A program made the position numbers and the translations under genes. From IMG/VR virus record IMGVR_UViG_3300017903_000243, positions 1 through 43,589 of that record: DNA of 43,589 bases. One strand, written 5' to 3'. Positions 20,825-29,968 of this stretch are shown piece after piece. The notes below the pieces were generated by a model, which saw only the letters and a program-made list of their open reading frames with translations, searched no databases and was not told the DNA's origin. Within the stretch, counting starts at the first letter, position 1. Each line of letters starts with the position of its first letter. This stretch comes from a virus. Taxonomy: Duplodnaviria; Caudoviricetes.

Positions 20825-20852
20825 AAAGGGGGCTAAACGCCCCCTCTTTTTT
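20825..20852. terminator. terminator between the convergent arms (probably bidirectional)
   Basis: AAAGGGGGC-TAAAC-GCCCCCTCTTTTTT between convergent stops at 20822 and 20851. Confidence 0.85.
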
Positions 20853-21099
20853 ATGTATCATCCTCTAACATATAGTCTGCCCAATCATACGATGCTTTTT
20901 TAATTTCTTCCATTCGCCAAGTTTGTCTACCTGCTGCAAGAAAACCACCCATAGCTTGACCTGCTAAGTATAATCGAGGTGTTAATTCTTTTATCTTAGC
21001 AGGTTTACGTTTTTGTTGAGCAAACTTTTTAGCTTCTTCTTCGAGACTCTTTGTCAAGTACTTGCTCCTTGTTTTTGAAGTAGGCTTTGTTAAAGCCAA
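20851..21099 (-). CDS. hypothetical protein
   Basis: 82 aa with 'R.YLAGQAM.G.LA...ASYDWADYML', a common small phage protein pattern. The true start may be downstream. Confidence 0.6.
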   Translation of the reverse strand: MALTKPTSKTRSKYLTKSLEEEAKKFAQQKRKPAKIKELTPRLYLAGQAMGGFLAAGRQTWRMEEIKKASYDWADYMLEDDT

Positions 21100-21235
21100 A
21101 CTCCCAATCCCTATACTCTTTAGAGTTTTGAGGATAGGGGTTAGTTAGGTTTCCTACTAAGAAACCTCTGTAGCCTTGATTAAAAGGCTTGGCTACTTTC
21201 GCTTTTGTAGTTGGATTAGTGCGTCTAGATACCAT
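21029..21235 (-). CDS. RMF (ribosome modulation factor)-like small protein
   Basis: 'FNQGYRGF..G..TNPY.......DWEFGF..A' resembles the RMF pattern 'RGYQAG..G...CPY......WLGGW..A'. Confidence 0.5.
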   Translation of the reverse strand: MVSRRTNPTTKAKVAKPFNQGYRGFLVGNLTNPYPQNSKEYRDWEFGFNKAYFKNKEQVLDKESRRRS

Positions 21236-21501
21236 TGTGCTTTCTCCAAATCTTGAACACCATTTTTATATCTCCAACGGTGAAGATACTTTGCAACATT
21301 ACCTCTATAATAACCTATCAACTCTTCATCTGTTAAAAAGTCTTCTATATATTTAATACACTCTATTGTGCCTTGACCGTAGTGTTGAGGCTTTTTTACT
21401 GGATCATAGTCATTACCCATAGTTAATGTTGTAGGACTATCGTCAGTTATAGTTATAGTATCTTTAGATAACTCTGCTATTGCATCATCTAGATTTATCA
21501 T
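21193..21501 (-). CDS. DUF3310 (T7 gp1.7-like nucleotide kinase family) protein
   Basis: 'DPVKKPQHY...IECI...GNVAKYLHRW..KNG.QDLEKAQWYL'. Confidence 0.85.
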   Translation of the reverse strand: MINLDDAIAELSKDTITITDDSPTTLTMGNDYDPVKKPQHYGQGTIECIKYIEDFLTDEELIGYYRGNVAKYLHRWRYKNGVQDLEKAQWYLDALIQLQKRK

Positions 21502-21944
21502 AAGTTTATTAACTCCGCTTCTTGATATGGAATGTGAAAGAATGTTTCACCTTTTGGGATTCTCCTACCGACAGCAACCTTGAGTGTATCATCTGTCATA
21601 AGAGTATCTTTTATACGCCATGCTTTGTCCATAAATTTATTTAAGACGTAAAAGTTTAACACTCCGTTTTGATCTTTATATTTTTCAACAAGTCTCCTTT
21701 TTCTTCCTGGAATTCTAATCTCAGCCCAGTGCTCAGGCCATTCGTCTTTCCAAGATGACTTAACTTCTACTTCGTTAAAATAGGTAAACCCATCTTTTGT
21801 AGAAACTATATCAGCATCAAAAGTTTCTTTATCTTTAACAATAGTGTGACCTTTTGATATTAGGTAATCTGATAAAGTTTTCTTTGATGGTTCATCTACC
21901 AGATCATAAATGTCTTTTCTAAAAGGTCTAATGTGAACTTGCAT
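21498..21944 (-). CDS. PD-(D/E)XK nuclease-like protein
   Basis: 'ADIVS...FNEVEVK' catalytic-like motif, 148 aa. Confidence 0.55.
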   Translation of the reverse strand: MQVHIRPFRKDIYDLVDEPSKKTLSDYLISKGHTIVKDKETFDADIVSTKDGFTYFNEVEVKSSWKDEWPEHWAEIRIPGRKRRLVEKYKDQNGVLNFYVLNKFMDKAWRIKDTLMTDDTLKVAVGRRIPKGETFFHIPYQEAELINL

Positions 21945-21945
21945 A

Positions 21946-23847
21946 CTATGCTCCTATATCTACTATTTCACAAACGTCACCAGTACAAGCAAAGGTTTGG
22001 CTGCTCGCAGTAGTGTCTTCTTTTTCATACTCTGAAAGCTTTGCCCAGTCAATACTTTTTGGCATTATTTTTAATAATTTTTTATAATCGTCTTTTGTGC
22101 AACTTTGGTATGGAGCCTGTTGATAAGTATGTTCGTTGTAAGGTAAAAAACTTACTCCAGACATCTCATCAAAATGCTCATAAACAAATGCACCTACTTC
22201 AAACCATTCATCCTTTCTTACATTGATTGTTACACTTGGTTTATGCTCACACCAATGTCTCTGATACACTAACCACGTTTTTAATTGTTCGATAGCTGAG
22301 ACATTGTCAGTGACAACTGCTCCTTGAGGAGCTTTAACTGGAAATGAAAACACAGTTGTTTGATCTGGCTTAAACACATCAGGCTCACTTGGTATACCTT
22401 GTTCTTTCATAAAGGTAGTAAGTGGATCTTTATTATCACCTCGCACAGTTCTTATGTAATGTGGTGAGTGACGTGGGTGTATACCTGATGCTGAGTCAAC
22501 AAGCTGTGAAACTGTACCACTTGGCTTCACACAGGTGATTGCTGCACTTGTTGGAATGCCAAGGCTGTTAGCCCAGTCAGAATTAGTACGAACAGCAACT
22601 TCTCGTAAATGTTCAAGAGTTTTTTCCAATCCTTTATTTTTAGTAGTTAGTAATGGGTTATCCATTATCCCTGTGATAGACACACCGAGCAATCGTTCTT
22701 CTTCGGTATTTCGCTGCCACACCTTTCGCAGATATGGGAACTTAGTATATTGGGACTGAATCGTTCCAAGAATTGTTGCAAGCCTGACTTTTCTCGCAAT
22801 AGAATCCACATCGTCAGTAGCCCTGACAACAACCTCTGTAAGATTGCAGAACTGATACGGCCTAAGAATGATTTCACTACAGGGATTAGTTCCAAAGTCA
22901 TAGTCAGAGTCACGTCTCCCATTTTTTTTTTTTTTTTTTTTAGATGCTTCCCTATTAAATACACCTCTTTCTCCACTTCCTGATTCTACCAGTGCCATCC
23001 ACTCACGCATGAATGATACACTGTCTGGTTTCTCTGTATAAGAAACAGAGTTATTTGCTAAGGCTCTTTGTGGATTGTTGTCCCACCAGTTGCCTGATTT
23101 AGCATGACGCATTCTGTCATCTGACAAGTTAGATAAACTTATCATTGCAGATCTTCGAACACCACCGACAACAACAACCTCACCAATTTTACACATTAGA
23201 TCGTGACACTCAATTGATGATAACTTACGTCCTTGTGCCTCCTTGAATATTGTAACCGCAAAGTTAAACAAGTCAACCAGTGGTGCTGGACCTGATGCTC
23301 TACCACCAAAGGTTTTAAGTCTTGCACCTGCAGGACGAACTTTAGAGACATCCCATTTAGGAATCTCTCCTGCCCATAGAAGAGCTAGCAATTGTCTAAA
23401 CGCCTTAGCCCACCCTTCCTTGCTGTCCTTTACCACAATGGTAGTATCACTCTCGAACAGTTCAGGCACTTCGGGAAGCTTGCTAATGAACTGTCTTTCG
23501 ACACTGAATCCGACACCAGTGCCGCAGAGGAGAATAAACATAGCCTCATCGAAGGACTTTGGGTCATCTACAGGTAAATAGCTACAGTTATATCCTGCAG
23601 TATTATCTCTTTCTAGTGCTGGACCTGCAGTCATCATGGCTCGCATAGAAGGCATTACTTCTAGTCCAAGTATAGCCTCTCTTATTTCGTTATAAGTGTC
23701 ATGATCTATGTCGTAGCCTACAACGTTACCCATGTAGCGATCTACTGTTTCTGACCAAGACTCTCGTCTTCCCTCATCCTCAAGCCAACGAGCATACCTT
23801 GAAGTATGTATAAAAGCTTGATAGTCAGTTGGTAAATAGTTATTCAT
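21946..23847 (-). CDS. nrdJ: class II adenosylcobalamin-dependent ribonucleotide reductase
   Basis: 'PSMR', 'YNCSY', 'GGVRRSA', 'TNPCSEI', 'FCNLTE', 'TCVKPSGTVSQL' and C-terminal 'CTGDVC'; no nrdB partner. Confidence 0.95.
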   Translation of the reverse strand: MNNYLPTDYQAFIHTSRYARWLEDEGRRESWSETVDRYMGNVVGYDIDHDTYNEIREAILGLEVMPSMRAMMTAGPALERDNTAGYNCSYLPVDDPKSFDEAMFILLCGTGVGFSVERQFISKLPEVPELFESDTTIVVKDSKEGWAKAFRQLLALLWAGEIPKWDVSKVRPAGARLKTFGGRASGPAPLVDLFNFAVTIFKEAQGRKLSSIECHDLMCKIGEVVVVGGVRRSAMISLSNLSDDRMRHAKSGNWWDNNPQRALANNSVSYTEKPDSVSFMREWMALVESGSGERGVFNREASKKKKKKNGRRDSDYDFGTNPCSEIILRPYQFCNLTEVVVRATDDVDSIARKVRLATILGTIQSQYTKFPYLRKVWQRNTEEERLLGVSITGIMDNPLLTTKNKGLEKTLEHLREVAVRTNSDWANSLGIPTSAAITCVKPSGTVSQLVDSASGIHPRHSPHYIRTVRGDNKDPLTTFMKEQGIPSEPDVFKPDQTTVFSFPVKAPQGAVVTDNVSAIEQLKTWLVYQRHWCEHKPSVTINVRKDEWFEVGAFVYEHFDEMSGVSFLPYNEHTYQQAPYQSCTKDDYKKLLKIMPKSIDWAKLSEYEKEDTTASSQTFACTGDVCEIVDIGA

Positions 23848-24200
23848 CTGTTGTCTCCTGATCCAGATATTACACCACGTTTTTTTCTGTCTTGCAGCTT
23901 GCTAAGATTAGCACGAGCTACATCATTCATATTTACATTTAGATCTCTGCACAATGCGGCAATGTACCACAGGCAATCTCCGATTTCATCGGCTATAGCT
24001 TTACGATCAAAGTCACCATCACGTAAGATCTTTTTTACTTTGTTTGCAACTTCACCTGCTTCAGCAGCTAGACCAAGAGCAGGATAGATAACAGCGTGTT
24101 TACTACTGTAGATGGCAGTCTCAGCGGCTGTTTTTTGATACTCTTCCATATCCATTGAATTATAATACTTAAAAGCTTCTATATCAGTTTCATTTATCAC
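23844..24200 (-). CDS. mazG: MazG-like nucleotide pyrophosphohydrolase
   Basis: 'LGLAAEAGEVANKVKK...DEIGDCLWY...N..KL.DR..RG...GSGDNR'. Start set at GTG 24200 behind GAGGT. Confidence 0.85.
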   Translation of the reverse strand: MINETDIEAFKYYNSMDMEEYQKTAAETAIYSSKHAVIYPALGLAAEAGEVANKVKKILRDGDFDRKAIADEIGDCLWYIAALCRDLNVNMNDVARANLSKLQDRKKRGVISGSGDNR

Positions 24201-24351
24201 GGTTAACCTCACACTCTTCTACGACAATATCATCTATATCATACAAGCTTGTCATAAGTAAGTCTTGTATGACTTCACAGTTATTTCCGAATGTTTCTAA
24301 AAAGTTGGCATCAGGGTCAACTTTTATTTTTAAAGATATTTCAAACTCCAT
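24190..24351 (-). CDS. small acidic hypothetical protein, 53 aa (not in ORF track)
   Basis: MEFEISLKIKVDPDANFLE...LYDIDDIVVEECEVNRDK*; fills the gap and overlaps the mazG start. Confidence 0.65.
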   Translation of the reverse strand: MEFEISLKIKVDPDANFLETFGNNCEVIQDLLMTSLYDIDDIVVEECEVNRDK

Positions 24352-24362
24352 CGGAAAGACCC

Positions 24363-24602
24363 CTAGTTATACTCAGGAACATCTGGCATGTCAACAACTA
24401 ATGGTTCGATACTTTTCATAAAATGTTTTTTCCATTCGTATGCAGAATCAAAGTCATCAAACCAAAAATTATCTTCACCCATCACACCATCTATCTCTGA
24501 TTTACAGACGAGGAAATAGTTAGACCCTATCGGTACATCACTATCTTCTATATCCTCTACTGCTATTGGACCTTCCATAACGCCCCATACTTTTACCTTC
24601 AT
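24363..24602 (-). CDS. hypothetical protein
   Basis: 79 aa ORF tightly packed in the operon. Confidence 0.65.
   Translation of the reverse strand: MKVKVWGVMEGPIAVEDIEDSDVPIGSNYFLVCKSEIDGVMGEDNFWFDDFDSAYEWKKHFMKSIEPLVVDMPDVPEYN
24366..24394 (-). promoter_or_regulatory. sigma70-type promoter
   Basis: TTGACA-N17-TATAAC on the minus strand, facing the 53-aa ORF, mazG and nrdJ. Confidence 0.7.
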
Positions 24603-24603
24603 A

Positions 24604-24945
24604 CTATTTCCAATTTTTTAATAAGTCCATGTAGTGATCAAGACTTACCATTGTTATCCAATTCTTTCTATCAGCTCGAAAGAACACTACTGGTTCACCC
24701 TTCCCATGTTTACTAGCTTGCTCCATGTAATCATAGGCTGTTTTCATACCAGACTTTCTACGTTTAACTTCAATAGTTATCGGTAGCTTTTTTCTGGCTG
24801 CAGGAGATAGTTGAATATCCTCACCTGTATCTCCCATAGTTGTAGACTTGATGTCATCTTCTTCAAACTCTGGAAATGTTTCTAGCAGCTTGTCTCTGAT
24901 TTCATTCTGTCCAGTTCTACCTTTTGCTTTAGCTGCTCTTGACAT
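24604..24945 (-). CDS. Holliday-junction resolvase-like endonuclease
   Basis: 'AKAKGR..Q', 'MG..GEDI.LSPAA....P..IEVK' and 'EPVVFFR.DR'. Confidence 0.75.
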   Translation of the reverse strand: MSRAAKAKGRTGQNEIRDKLLETFPEFEEDDIKSTTMGDTGEDIQLSPAARKKLPITIEVKRRKSGMKTAYDYMEQASKHGKGEPVVFFRADRKNWITMVSLDHYMDLLKNWK

Positions 24946-25792
24946 TTGTTATCTCAGGAACTTTTGGTTCTTTCTCAACATGAACCAGATATTCAACACC
25001 GTAAGAGTATTGAAACTGTCTTAAATTAGGCCAACAAACTTTTTTGTATTCACAGAACTGACAAGACTTGTCTAGTTTAGTATTAGGACTGTTCTTACCT
25101 GCAGGTACTGGTTGAATACGATCCGCAGGTAGATCACCTGCAACTAACTCTTTAGCAGCTAGCATCTCAGCTTCTTTAGTCTCCAGATCTTTTGTAAAGT
25201 CATATACATCTAGACACATCTCACCACTAACTTTGTCAACTGCAAGAAATGCTCCGTGTGTCTTATTTGTCACAAGTGGATCATCTTTACCTGCATAGAC
25301 ATAAGAACTAAGTTGACTAATGTAACCAAAGGCATCGTTGTCTCGAAGACTACCTTCCTTAAACTTTTTAAAAGCATAAGAGCTGCAGGACTTAACATCA
25401 ACAGTCATACCATCAATAATACAGTCTCTGTGACCACGGATGCCATGAACATCAAGTCTGTCCTGAGAACCTTCAAGCTTATGACCAGAGGCTCGTACCA
25501 TAGCAAGAACTAACTCTTCGATCATATCACCATAGAAAAACCTAAGTAGTAAGTTAGCTGACAGTGGTTCACCAAGTGCAGGTTGATTTACTTTGTACCA
25601 AAGCTTACGTTTACAGGGTGTACCAACAGACGAAAGAGATAGATACCCACGAGGTTCTTGTGGCTTACTAAATCTTTTGTTGGCACTTATACCAATATTC
25701 TGACCAAGGTTCAGAGCAATTGAACGAGTCCAACCACCGAGTCCATATATCACAGACTCTATATCATCTATTAAAGTATCAATCTTTTTCAT
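24929..25792 (-). CDS. Cas4/RecB-like PD-(D/E)XK exonuclease
   Basis: 'CKRKLWY', 'GHRD..IDG..VDVKS', 'GY..QL..Y' and C-terminal 'CQFCEYKKVC'. Confidence 0.8.
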   Translation of the reverse strand: MKKIDTLIDDIESVIYGLGGWTRSIALNLGQNIGISANKRFSKPQEPRGYLSLSSVGTPCKRKLWYKVNQPALGEPLSANLLLRFFYGDMIEELVLAMVRASGHKLEGSQDRLDVHGIRGHRDCIIDGMTVDVKSCSSYAFKKFKEGSLRDNDAFGYISQLSSYVYAGKDDPLVTNKTHGAFLAVDKVSGEMCLDVYDFTKDLETKEAEMLAAKELVAGDLPADRIQPVPAGKNSPNTKLDKSCQFCEYKKVCWPNLRQFQYSYGVEYLVHVEKEPKVPEITNVKSS

Positions 25793-25803
25793 TTTGTATC
25801 CTT

Positions 25804-25830
25804 AAAAGGTAGCCCCCCGAAGGGGGCCAC
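25804..25830 (-). terminator. terminator after ssb
   Basis: Minus strand GTGGCCCCC-TTCG-GGGGGCTAC-CTTTT (cUUCGg loop). Confidence 0.8.
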
Positions 25831-25849
25831 TAGTTGTTTTTGGAGGAGG

Positions 25850-26356
25850 TTAAAACAACACTTCGCTTTGTTTTTCTGATTCAACTACAGGTGGTGGCGA
25901 AGCTTCATCCCCTGTAGTATCCGCTACGTAGGCAACATGATCAATAACCTTGACCTTGTCAAGTCGTGTGCCTACAATATTTGGTCGGCTTGTATCGTAA
26001 ACGGATAGCTCTACTTCTACAGTAGATCCGTTACCAATGGTGCCATCATCACTAAGGCTCCAAGTAGAACCATCAGACTTTTGAACAATAGGTGCACCAC
26101 TATCCCAATCCTTTCCTGTATTAAATTTACGTATAAACTTTACTTTAGTTCCACGTCCTTGTGGATCTGGTGATCCTTTTTTCATTGAACGAGAAGCTTT
26201 CAATGCAGTTAGATTATCATCATCCATGATAAGATCAATAGTGCAAGCACCGTCATGATCTCTATAGACTCCGTCAAAACCGTCCATGTCACGGTTAGAT
26301 TCAAATACTCTTGCCCATTCAGCAATTCCAGTCAATTTAACTTTACGTGTAGCCAT
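25850..26356 (-). CDS. ssb: single-stranded DNA-binding protein (T7 gp2.5-like)
   Basis: 'IGNGSTV' and 'RLDKVKVID' motifs, acidic tail ending in Phe; follows the DNA polymerase and has an AAGGAGG RBS. Confidence 0.75.
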   Translation of the reverse strand: MATRKVKLTGIAEWARVFESNRDMDGFDGVYRDHDGACTIDLIMDDDNLTALKASRSMKKGSPDPQGRGTKVKFIRKFNTGKDWDSGAPIVQKSDGSTWSLSDDGTIGNGSTVEVELSVYDTSRPNIVGTRLDKVKVIDHVAYVADTTGDEASPPPVVESEKQSEVLF

Positions 26357-26370
26357 TTGGCCCTCCTTTG

Positions 26371-28221
26371 TTAATGCACGTCACTATAACGTTGACCATA
26401 CTGTATGTCAATACCTAAGTCAACATTTAATTTCAATTCTTGGTTAAGTTTTTCAATAGCCCAGTTTAATGCATTACTGTGCTCATTTTGCTCTCCTTCT
26501 TTTACTAGGTTAATAGACTCGTCATGAAACTGACCAATGATGTTTGGTCTACGTGTTCGGTAGTAAGCAACCCACTTGTCAAAACAATATGCACCAGTAG
26601 ATTGATTAAGCGTAGAGAACACATCTTTTTCATAACGAAGCGAATGCCAGAAGCCACTTACAGGATTTTGTACCCACATCTCACCGTTGATCTGTCTTAC
26701 CTTTTGACCTTCAGAAAACTTTTTGACTGCCCAGTTACGTTTCCAATATGCGCCAAGTAAGCCTTGTGCTATTGGAAGGGGCATTCCAGTGGTTCGAGAT
26801 AACTTAGCTGCACCTACGCCATAAGTAGCTGAGTAATTTACAACTTTGTAATTTTTACGCATTGCTTTTAAATCATCTCGTTCATTTCTGTTATAAGCAT
26901 CAATGTCAGACTGGCTGATTTCACCTGCATGTTTAGCTAAATCAAGATGTGGGTCAAAACCTGCTTGAGACATTTCATGTACATACTTTGGATCATATGG
27001 CTGCATGTAGTGTCTCTTGGTCGTATCCTCAAGAGAAGTCATATCCGCACCACAAAGAACATAACCAGTTGGTGCTGTTAAGCAACCACGTATCTCTTTG
27101 CCCCACGGTCTGTCAACTCCTGGAAGATTGACCAAAGGTTTTTTATGTTTAAACCGTAAGGTGTTAGTAAGACCATCAATCTCAGCCCTAACGTAACCGT
27201 CTTGTTCGCAATCAAGAAATCCTTGAAAGATTCCAAGTCGGTGTTGCATCATAGTCAAACCCTCAAGCACTTGTACCTTTGGATTAGTTTCTGCGATTAG
27301 TTTTACTGAGTCTGTAAGTTCATTATCCTCACGAACTTGAGGTATTGTGCGTTCTGATCCATCATCTTCTTTTACATATTTAAATGTGCAAGGTTCCCAC
27401 CCTAAAGAGTAGAGCCAGTCCTTAACTTGGTCTGTAGAGTTAGGATTTGGATCTTCCCACTTCTTGATGACCTCTACTTCGCCATCAAAGTGTAAAGGCA
27501 AACCATTCTCTTGTAGGAGATCAAACCAACGTTGTCCATGAGCTGATGCAGTACCATCTTTTCTGAAACAATTCTTGGGTCTACTCTTTTTGGTGGTCAC
27601 TTTCCGCTTTGGCATTACGCTAATCAATTCAGCTTCTTTGTCAGCTTTTTGTTTTGTAAGATCGGCAACACACTTTTGTGCCAACTCTACATCTAACTTC
27701 CAACCAACTTTTTCAGCTGATGCTGCGCAATCCATTTTAAATTCAAGGTAGCGGAAAAACTTGTCTAGTTCGGATTTGCTTTTGTATAGAAACATAAACC
27801 TTTTTAGAAGATCTTGCCACAGGTACCAATTTATCTTTACATCTTCCGTACATCTATGTGCATACTCCTCCTGAGTTAAATTATTCCAGTCATTAATCTT
27901 AGGTTTTGGTATGTTAAAGTCCTCACCAAATGCTTCAAGATTGTGTTTATTTCCTGCACGAGTATAGTTAAGTACCCAAGACATAGGCAGAGTATCGAAC
28001 AAGCGAGCCTTGATCTTAATACCTAATATCTTTTCTATAAGCGGTACATCATATCTAATAATATTGTGACCAACCAACCCATGCTGAGACAGTATAAGAT
28101 CACGCATATCAGAATAATCGAAGATAGTTTTATAATCCTTTCCATCACTGGTATAAGACAGGCAGTGTATCTTTGTTGCTTTGTCCAACAATCCGTTAGC
28201 TTCTACATCAAATACAATCAT
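26371..28221 (-). CDS. polA: family A DNA polymerase with 3'-5' exonuclease
   Basis: ExoI 'FDVE', ExoII 'GHNIIRYD', ExoIII 'CTEDV'; motif A 'DMTSLE', motif B 'KVVNYSATYG', motif C 'FHDE'. Confidence 0.95.
   Translation of the reverse strand: MIVFDVEANGLLDKATKIHCLSYTSDGKDYKTIFDYSDMRDLILSQHGLVGHNIIRYDVPLIEKILGIKIKARLFDTLPMSWVLNYTRAGNKHNLEAFGEDFNIPKPKINDWNNLTQEEYAHRCTEDVKINWYLWQDLLKRFMFLYKSKSELDKFFRYLEFKMDCAASAEKVGWKLDVELAQKCVADLTKQKADKEAELISVMPKRKVTTKKSRPKNCFRKDGTASAHGQRWFDLLQENGLPLHFDGEVEVIKKWEDPNPNSTDQVKDWLYSLGWEPCTFKYVKEDDGSERTIPQVREDNELTDSVKLIAETNPKVQVLEGLTMMQHRLGIFQGFLDCEQDGYVRAEIDGLTNTLRFKHKKPLVNLPGVDRPWGKEIRGCLTAPTGYVLCGADMTSLEDTTKRHYMQPYDPKYVHEMSQAGFDPHLDLAKHAGEISQSDIDAYNRNERDDLKAMRKNYKVVNYSATYGVGAAKLSRTTGMPLPIAQGLLGAYWKRNWAVKKFSEGQKVRQINGEMWVQNPVSGFWHSLRYEKDVFSTLNQSTGAYCFDKWVAYYRTRRPNIIGQFHDESINLVKEGEQNEHSNALNWAIEKLNQELKLNVDLGIDIQYGQRYSDVH
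26383..26411 (-). promoter_or_regulatory. sigma70-type promoter for ssb inside the pol 3' end
   Basis: TTGACA-N17-TATAGT on the minus strand. Confidence 0.75.
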
Positions 28222-29831
28222 GCTGCCATATCACTCCTTTCATATGGAATCTCTTCAGATAAGATCGTAGTCTCTGGGTCGTAGTAGACTGAACCTGCTC
28301 TGCCAAGTTTAGCAAAGGGTCGGTTCTTATCAACTATAAACTCAGTCGTATTCTGCAGTATCTCATCTTCTGATTCTACATCTCTTTCGATCTTTATACA
28401 TATTATTGCTTCTTCTTCAAGAGAGGCTGCGTATTTTGTTCTACCATCATCATTAACCTGTGATATAAATACCACACCTATGTTTAGCTCTTTGGCTAAT
28501 TGTGCCATGCGTGAGCCAAGTGTAGTTAATGTACTGGTAGCACCGTCAACACCACTGTTAGATAGATAGGCTAGTCGTTGAACGTGATCAACAAAGACGT
28601 AGTCTGCACCAAAAGAAGTTACAGCCATTCGGGTGTAATCTAGTAAGCTCAGAGGATCATCGTGAGACTGCATCTCAAAAATGATCGTTCTGTTGTTCTC
28701 TGAGTCAGCAATCTTGTTTGCTGCTTCTTCTACTTGATCTAGGGTGTAGCCGTTGCGGTCAGCATCTTCATGAGTCCTAACATTACAGCCAAGGTGATAG
28801 GTAGCCATAGCTCGAAGAGTTGTAGACTTCATCTCCTCCATATGTAGTAATGCTATCTTAACGTTCTCATTGGATAATAGACCAGTCTCGAAGTATCGGA
28901 TCACCTCAGTCTTACCAGTACCACGAGGTGCTTTGATAAACGTCAAGCCACCCTTGACCATGCCACGGATCTTCTCATCAAGTCCTGAGTGACCAGTTGA
29001 TATATACTCGTATGGATTCTCGTTTCGCAAGGCAAGAGAAAAGTCATCACGAGAACAGAAGAAGTTCTCAGGGCTATACCGTTGAGGCTTCTTAGCTGCC
29101 CACATCAAGTCTTTACCATCACCTGCTTGTAAGAAGTCATTAGCATCTTTATGCTTAGACATCGGCACATACCAGAACTTATCTGGAAAGGCTTGATACA
29201 ACTTGTCTGCGGCTCTACGTCCTGCAGGATCTAATTCACCTGCATAGATAATCTCTTTGAAGGACGACAGATATAGGTAGTTGTGTTTAATAAACTTCTC
29301 ACCGATACTAGCAGACGGCAATGACTTTACAGGAAATGTCTTACCAAGTATCTGATAGAGTGATGCAGCATCGAACTCACCTTCAGTAAGATAGATGCGT
29401 TGGCTTGTCCCTGCGTTAAACTCAGGACCAAACAGGTGGTTCATACCCATGCCACGATCTTTTGTCCAAGACTTAGACTTATCATCTACCAGTCGATACT
29501 TGACTGTGTGTGGGTATTTGTATGCATACCTGACTGGTCTACCATCCTCACCGTTCTGTACAGCAATGCCATACAGTTCAGCAACGTCAGCGTCTAGCCC
29601 ACGTATGCCCTCATGCGTCTGGGACGCAATTGTTATATCCATAGGGTTTCTCCTCTCCTTTAATGGATACTCACTTTTTACCCAATCGAATACCTCTGGC
29701 ATATCTTTCATTGGGTAAGACCTAGAACAGGAGTGACAGTGACCATAGCCATCATCATTCCAGTTAAAGGCATCACTTGATCCACACTCAACATACGGAC
29801 ATGCCAGATGTGGATTATCGTTGCTCGCCAT
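28218..29831 (-). CDS. DNA primase-helicase (T7 gp4-like)
   Basis: Zn finger CPYVEC...CHSC, TOPRIM 'TEGEFD', 'KDAND', Walker A 'APRGTGKT', Walker B 'FVDH'. Start at ATG 29831 behind AGGAGG. Confidence 0.92.
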   Translation of the reverse strand: MASNDNPHLACPYVECGSSDAFNWNDDGYGHCHSCSRSYPMKDMPEVFDWVKSEYPLKERRNPMDITIASQTHEGIRGLDADVAELYGIAVQNGEDGRPVRYAYKYPHTVKYRLVDDKSKSWTKDRGMGMNHLFGPEFNAGTSQRIYLTEGEFDAASLYQILGKTFPVKSLPSASIGEKFIKHNYLYLSSFKEIIYAGELDPAGRRAADKLYQAFPDKFWYVPMSKHKDANDFLQAGDGKDLMWAAKKPQRYSPENFFCSRDDFSLALRNENPYEYISTGHSGLDEKIRGMVKGGLTFIKAPRGTGKTEVIRYFETGLLSNENVKIALLHMEEMKSTTLRAMATYHLGCNVRTHEDADRNGYTLDQVEEAANKIADSENNRTIIFEMQSHDDPLSLLDYTRMAVTSFGADYVFVDHVQRLAYLSNSGVDGATSTLTTLGSRMAQLAKELNIGVVFISQVNDDGRTKYAASLEEEAIICIKIERDVESEDEILQNTTEFIVDKNRPFAKLGRAGSVYYDPETTILSEEIPYERSDMAA

Positions 29832-29949
29832 TATTAGCCTCCTCTCGTTCTTTGGCTCTCTCACGTTCTTCTTTAGTCATAGGGCGTATCTCTTTTGATA
29901 TACCCTTTTTACGATCAATGTGCCACTCTCGTGGTTCCTGCTTTACCAT
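29815..29949 (-). CDS. small charged protein, 44 aa (not in ORF track)
   Basis: MVKQEPREWHIDRKKGISKEIRPMTKEERERAKEREEANNGEQR*; overlaps both neighbours. Confidence 0.5.
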   Translation of the reverse strand: MVKQEPREWHIDRKKGISKEIRPMTKEERERAKEREEANNGEQR

Positions 29950-29968
29950 AGCGGATTCATCATGTCAA
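29940..29968 (-). promoter_or_regulatory. possible sigma70 promoter upstream of primase
   Basis: TTGACA-N17-TAAAGC with extended TG. Confidence 0.5.
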
